A stretch of 64,000 nt of DNA from an uncultured Chitinophagales bacterium. GTDB lineage: Bacteria; Bacteroidota; Bacteroidia; Chitinophagales; JADIYW01. The stretch is taken from positions 3,120 to 67,119 of the forward strand of contig CAYYMF010000004.1 in NCBI GenBank assembly GCA_964472755.1, read 5' to 3'. The notes beneath the pieces are model-generated. The model was not told the origin of the DNA and made no database searches. It saw only the letters and a list, made by a program, of their open reading frames with translations. Positions 62,237 through 64,000 of the stretch are shown piece after piece; positions within the stretch are counted from its first letter, which is position 1, and each line of letters begins with the position of its first letter. The translations under genes and the position numbers were made by a program.

Positions 62237-63022
62237 ATGCAATATAAAGTTCCTGTAATGGCAGATTTGGCTGCCGAAGGTAAATCTCCAGATGTATTAT
62301 TTTGGATAGGATGTGCAGGTAGTTTCGACCAAAGAGCTCAAAGAATTACTCAAGCATTCGTGAAGATTTTAAATCAATTAAATATCAGTTTTGCAGTATT
62401 AGGCAAAGAAGAAGCTTGTACTGGAGATCCAGCAAGAAGGGCTGGTAATGAATTTATTTTTCAAATGTTGGCACAACAAAATATTGCAACCTTAAATGGT
62501 TATGGTATCAAGACTATTGTAACCACTTGTCCGCATTGTTTTAATACCATAAAAAATGAATATCCAGCTTTAGGCGGAAAATATGAAGTTTTACATCATT
62601 CCGTTTATTTACAACAATTATTAAATGATGGTAAATTAAAAGTAGAAGGTGGTGCATTCAAAGGAAAAAGAATTACTTACCACGACTCATGTTATTTAGG
62701 AAGAGCCAATGATATTTATGAAGCTCCAAGAGATTTAATTAAAGCATTAGATGCAGATTTAGTTGAAGTAACTAAAAGCAGAGCAAATGCAATGTGTTGC
62801 GGTGCTGGTGGTGCTCAAATGTGGAAAGAAGATGAGCCAGGTACAAAACGTATCAATACAGAAAGAACTGGACAATTAACTGAAGTAATGCCTGATATTA
62901 TTGCAGTGGCTTGTTCTTATTGCAATACAATGATTACTGACGGTGTGAAAAGTGAAAACAAACAAGACGAAATCAAAGTTGTGGACTTAGCGGAACTAAT
63001 TGCTGAGAATAATAAGTTTTAA
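62237..63022 (+). CDS. CCG-domain Fe-S protein (HdrB/GlpC-like)
   Basis: GCAG, CTGD, TCPHC, HDSCYLGR, CCGAGG, ACSYC. Confidence 0.88.
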   Translation: MQYKVPVMADLAAEGKSPDVLFWIGCAGSFDQRAQRITQAFVKILNQLNISFAVLGKEEACTGDPARRAGNEFIFQMLAQQNIATLNGYGIKTIVTTCPHCFNTIKNEYPALGGKYEVLHHSVYLQQLLNDGKLKVEGGAFKGKRITYHDSCYLGRANDIYEAPRDLIKALDADLVEVTKSRANAMCCGAGGAQMWKEDEPGTKRINTERTGQLTEVMPDIIAVACSYCNTMITDGVKSENKQDEIKVVDLAELIAENNKF

Positions 63023-63041
63023 ATTGAATATTTAATAATAG

Positions 63042-63080
63042 AAAGAGGCTGTCAAAAAATTTTAGGACAGCCTCTTTTTT
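63042..63080. terminator. Bidirectional intrinsic terminator
   Basis: AAAGAGGCTGTC...GACAGCCTCTTT + T-run. Confidence 0.88.
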
Positions 63081-63823
63081 TATTGAAATTTCCTTTTATG
63101 TAATTGAGGAACTAAAATGCCGACTGCTGAACCAATGGCATAACCTACTAAAATATCTGTAAAAAAGTGTTTGCCCGCACCATATCTACATAATCCTGTA
63201 ATCGCTGGGATTAGTGCAGCACTTGTCCACATAAGTGGTTTGAATTTAGAATCTGGATGTAAATCAGCAAATACTTTTGCCATAAAAAATGTACTTGCTG
63301 CTGTCGTACTTGTATGTCCTGAAAAGAATGACGCAGTAGCATCTTTTCCAACTTTACTTTCTGCACTTAATTTATCATTATAAACATAAGGTCGCTTACG
63401 TTTCACAATTTCTTTGGTCATCAAGGTTAAACCCGAAGTTAAACCATAAACTTCTATCCACATTGGCAAATAGTATTTCCATTCTTTTCTTACTGCTTTA
63501 TCAATAAACATTAATGCAGGAGCCAAACTTGCACCATATAATAAAATATCTGATGAAATTTTTGCACCTTTATTATCGTGAAAGATGGCACTTCTATCAA
63601 ATTTATTGACCATAGAAGGAGAAAGTGCATTAATCTCATCAGCGGTAATTACCTTTTTATTCTTGTGCAAAAAATATGCAGCAGCACCTGTTCCAACTGT
63701 TATCCCAATTATTGGAGCATCAACGCCCCATTTATATTTATATTTTGATGTATAAGTATTATTTTGTGCAATAATATTTAAACCAAATAGAAGTAGGAAT
63801 AGAAAAGAAATTATTTTATTCAT
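63080..63823 (-). CDS. PAP2 family phosphatase
   Basis: KEIVKRKRP, SFFSGHT, RYGAGKHFFTD motifs. Confidence 0.9.
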   Translation of the reverse strand: MNKIISFLFLLLFGLNIIAQNNTYTSKYKYKWGVDAPIIGITVGTGAAAYFLHKNKKVITADEINALSPSMVNKFDRSAIFHDNKGAKISSDILLYGASLAPALMFIDKAVRKEWKYYLPMWIEVYGLTSGLTLMTKEIVKRKRPYVYNDKLSAESKVGKDATASFFSGHTSTTAASTFFMAKVFADLHPDSKFKPLMWTSAALIPAITGLCRYGAGKHFFTDILVGYAIGSAVGILVPQLHKRKFQ

Positions 63824-63880
63824 TTTACTAAAATAGTGTATTTTGTAATCTTTTTAATAATTTTGAATTATAAAATAGAT

Positions 63881-64000
63881 ATGAATAAAAATTTACCAAT
63901 ATTTGTCTTGTTTCTAGCAATTTGCTTTCCATTATTCTCACAGCATTATTCAAATATCATTCATGGAAAAATTATTGATGTTGATAAGAATACCACAGTA
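63881..64000 (+). CDS. Secreted protein, N-terminus only (probable carboxypeptidase-like domain / TonB receptor); runs off window
   Basis: MNKNLPIFVLFLAICFPLFSQHYSNIIHGKIIDVDKNTTV: signal peptide then I.GKIID. Confidence 0.55.
   Translation, partial: MNKNLPIFVLFLAICFPLFSQHYSNIIHGKIIDVDKNTTV

Noticed and set aside
1-64000. CRISPR arrays, tRNA/rRNA genes, prophage, integrase, defence systems
   Set aside because: No regularly spaced repeats, cloverleaf-like GC-rich segments or relevant protein motifs found by eye; tRNAscan/Infernal not run

Overview
AT-rich (~30% GC) Bacteroidota chromosomal segment. The assignment rests on TAnnTTTG/TTG-type housekeeping promoters, Bacteroidota-style FtsL, RicT and GlyQS, and TonB/PepSY genes. 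Contents in order: dcw cell-wall/division cluster (mraZ to ftsZ, 1-15.4 kb), pnuC/NadR-like pair, TonB receptor + PepSY iron-uptake pair, gcvT-glyQS, TMTC-like glycosyltransferase, rhomboid-mutL-ricT, aspA, Crp-family regulator, Ntn acylase, orphan LuxR regulator + di-heme peroxidase, mnmH, ruvB/ruvC, lysA, rsmE, lpxD-tilS-yhhQ-mltF, a 2.4 kb patch of decaying genes (GH27 alpha-galactosidase, VIT1), rimP-nusA-infB and a split membrane Fe-S oxidoreductase. Three signals lie outside the ORF track. (1) A 168-bp non-coding element with ACCC-terminated inverted repeats (IS982-like MITE) occurs twice in opposite orientation at ~95% identity (20520-20687 and 39554-39721). (2) A shared Fur-like palindrome (ATTTAGAATnATTnTAAAT) lies upstream of three iron/redox loci, plus a 21-bp-spaced tandem operator at the TonB receptor. 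(3) Promoter geometry predicts leaderless or near-leaderless mRNAs for mutL, ruvB and ruvC. No tRNA, rRNA or CRISPR array was seen. All assignments come from motif recognition by eye; no database searches were run.
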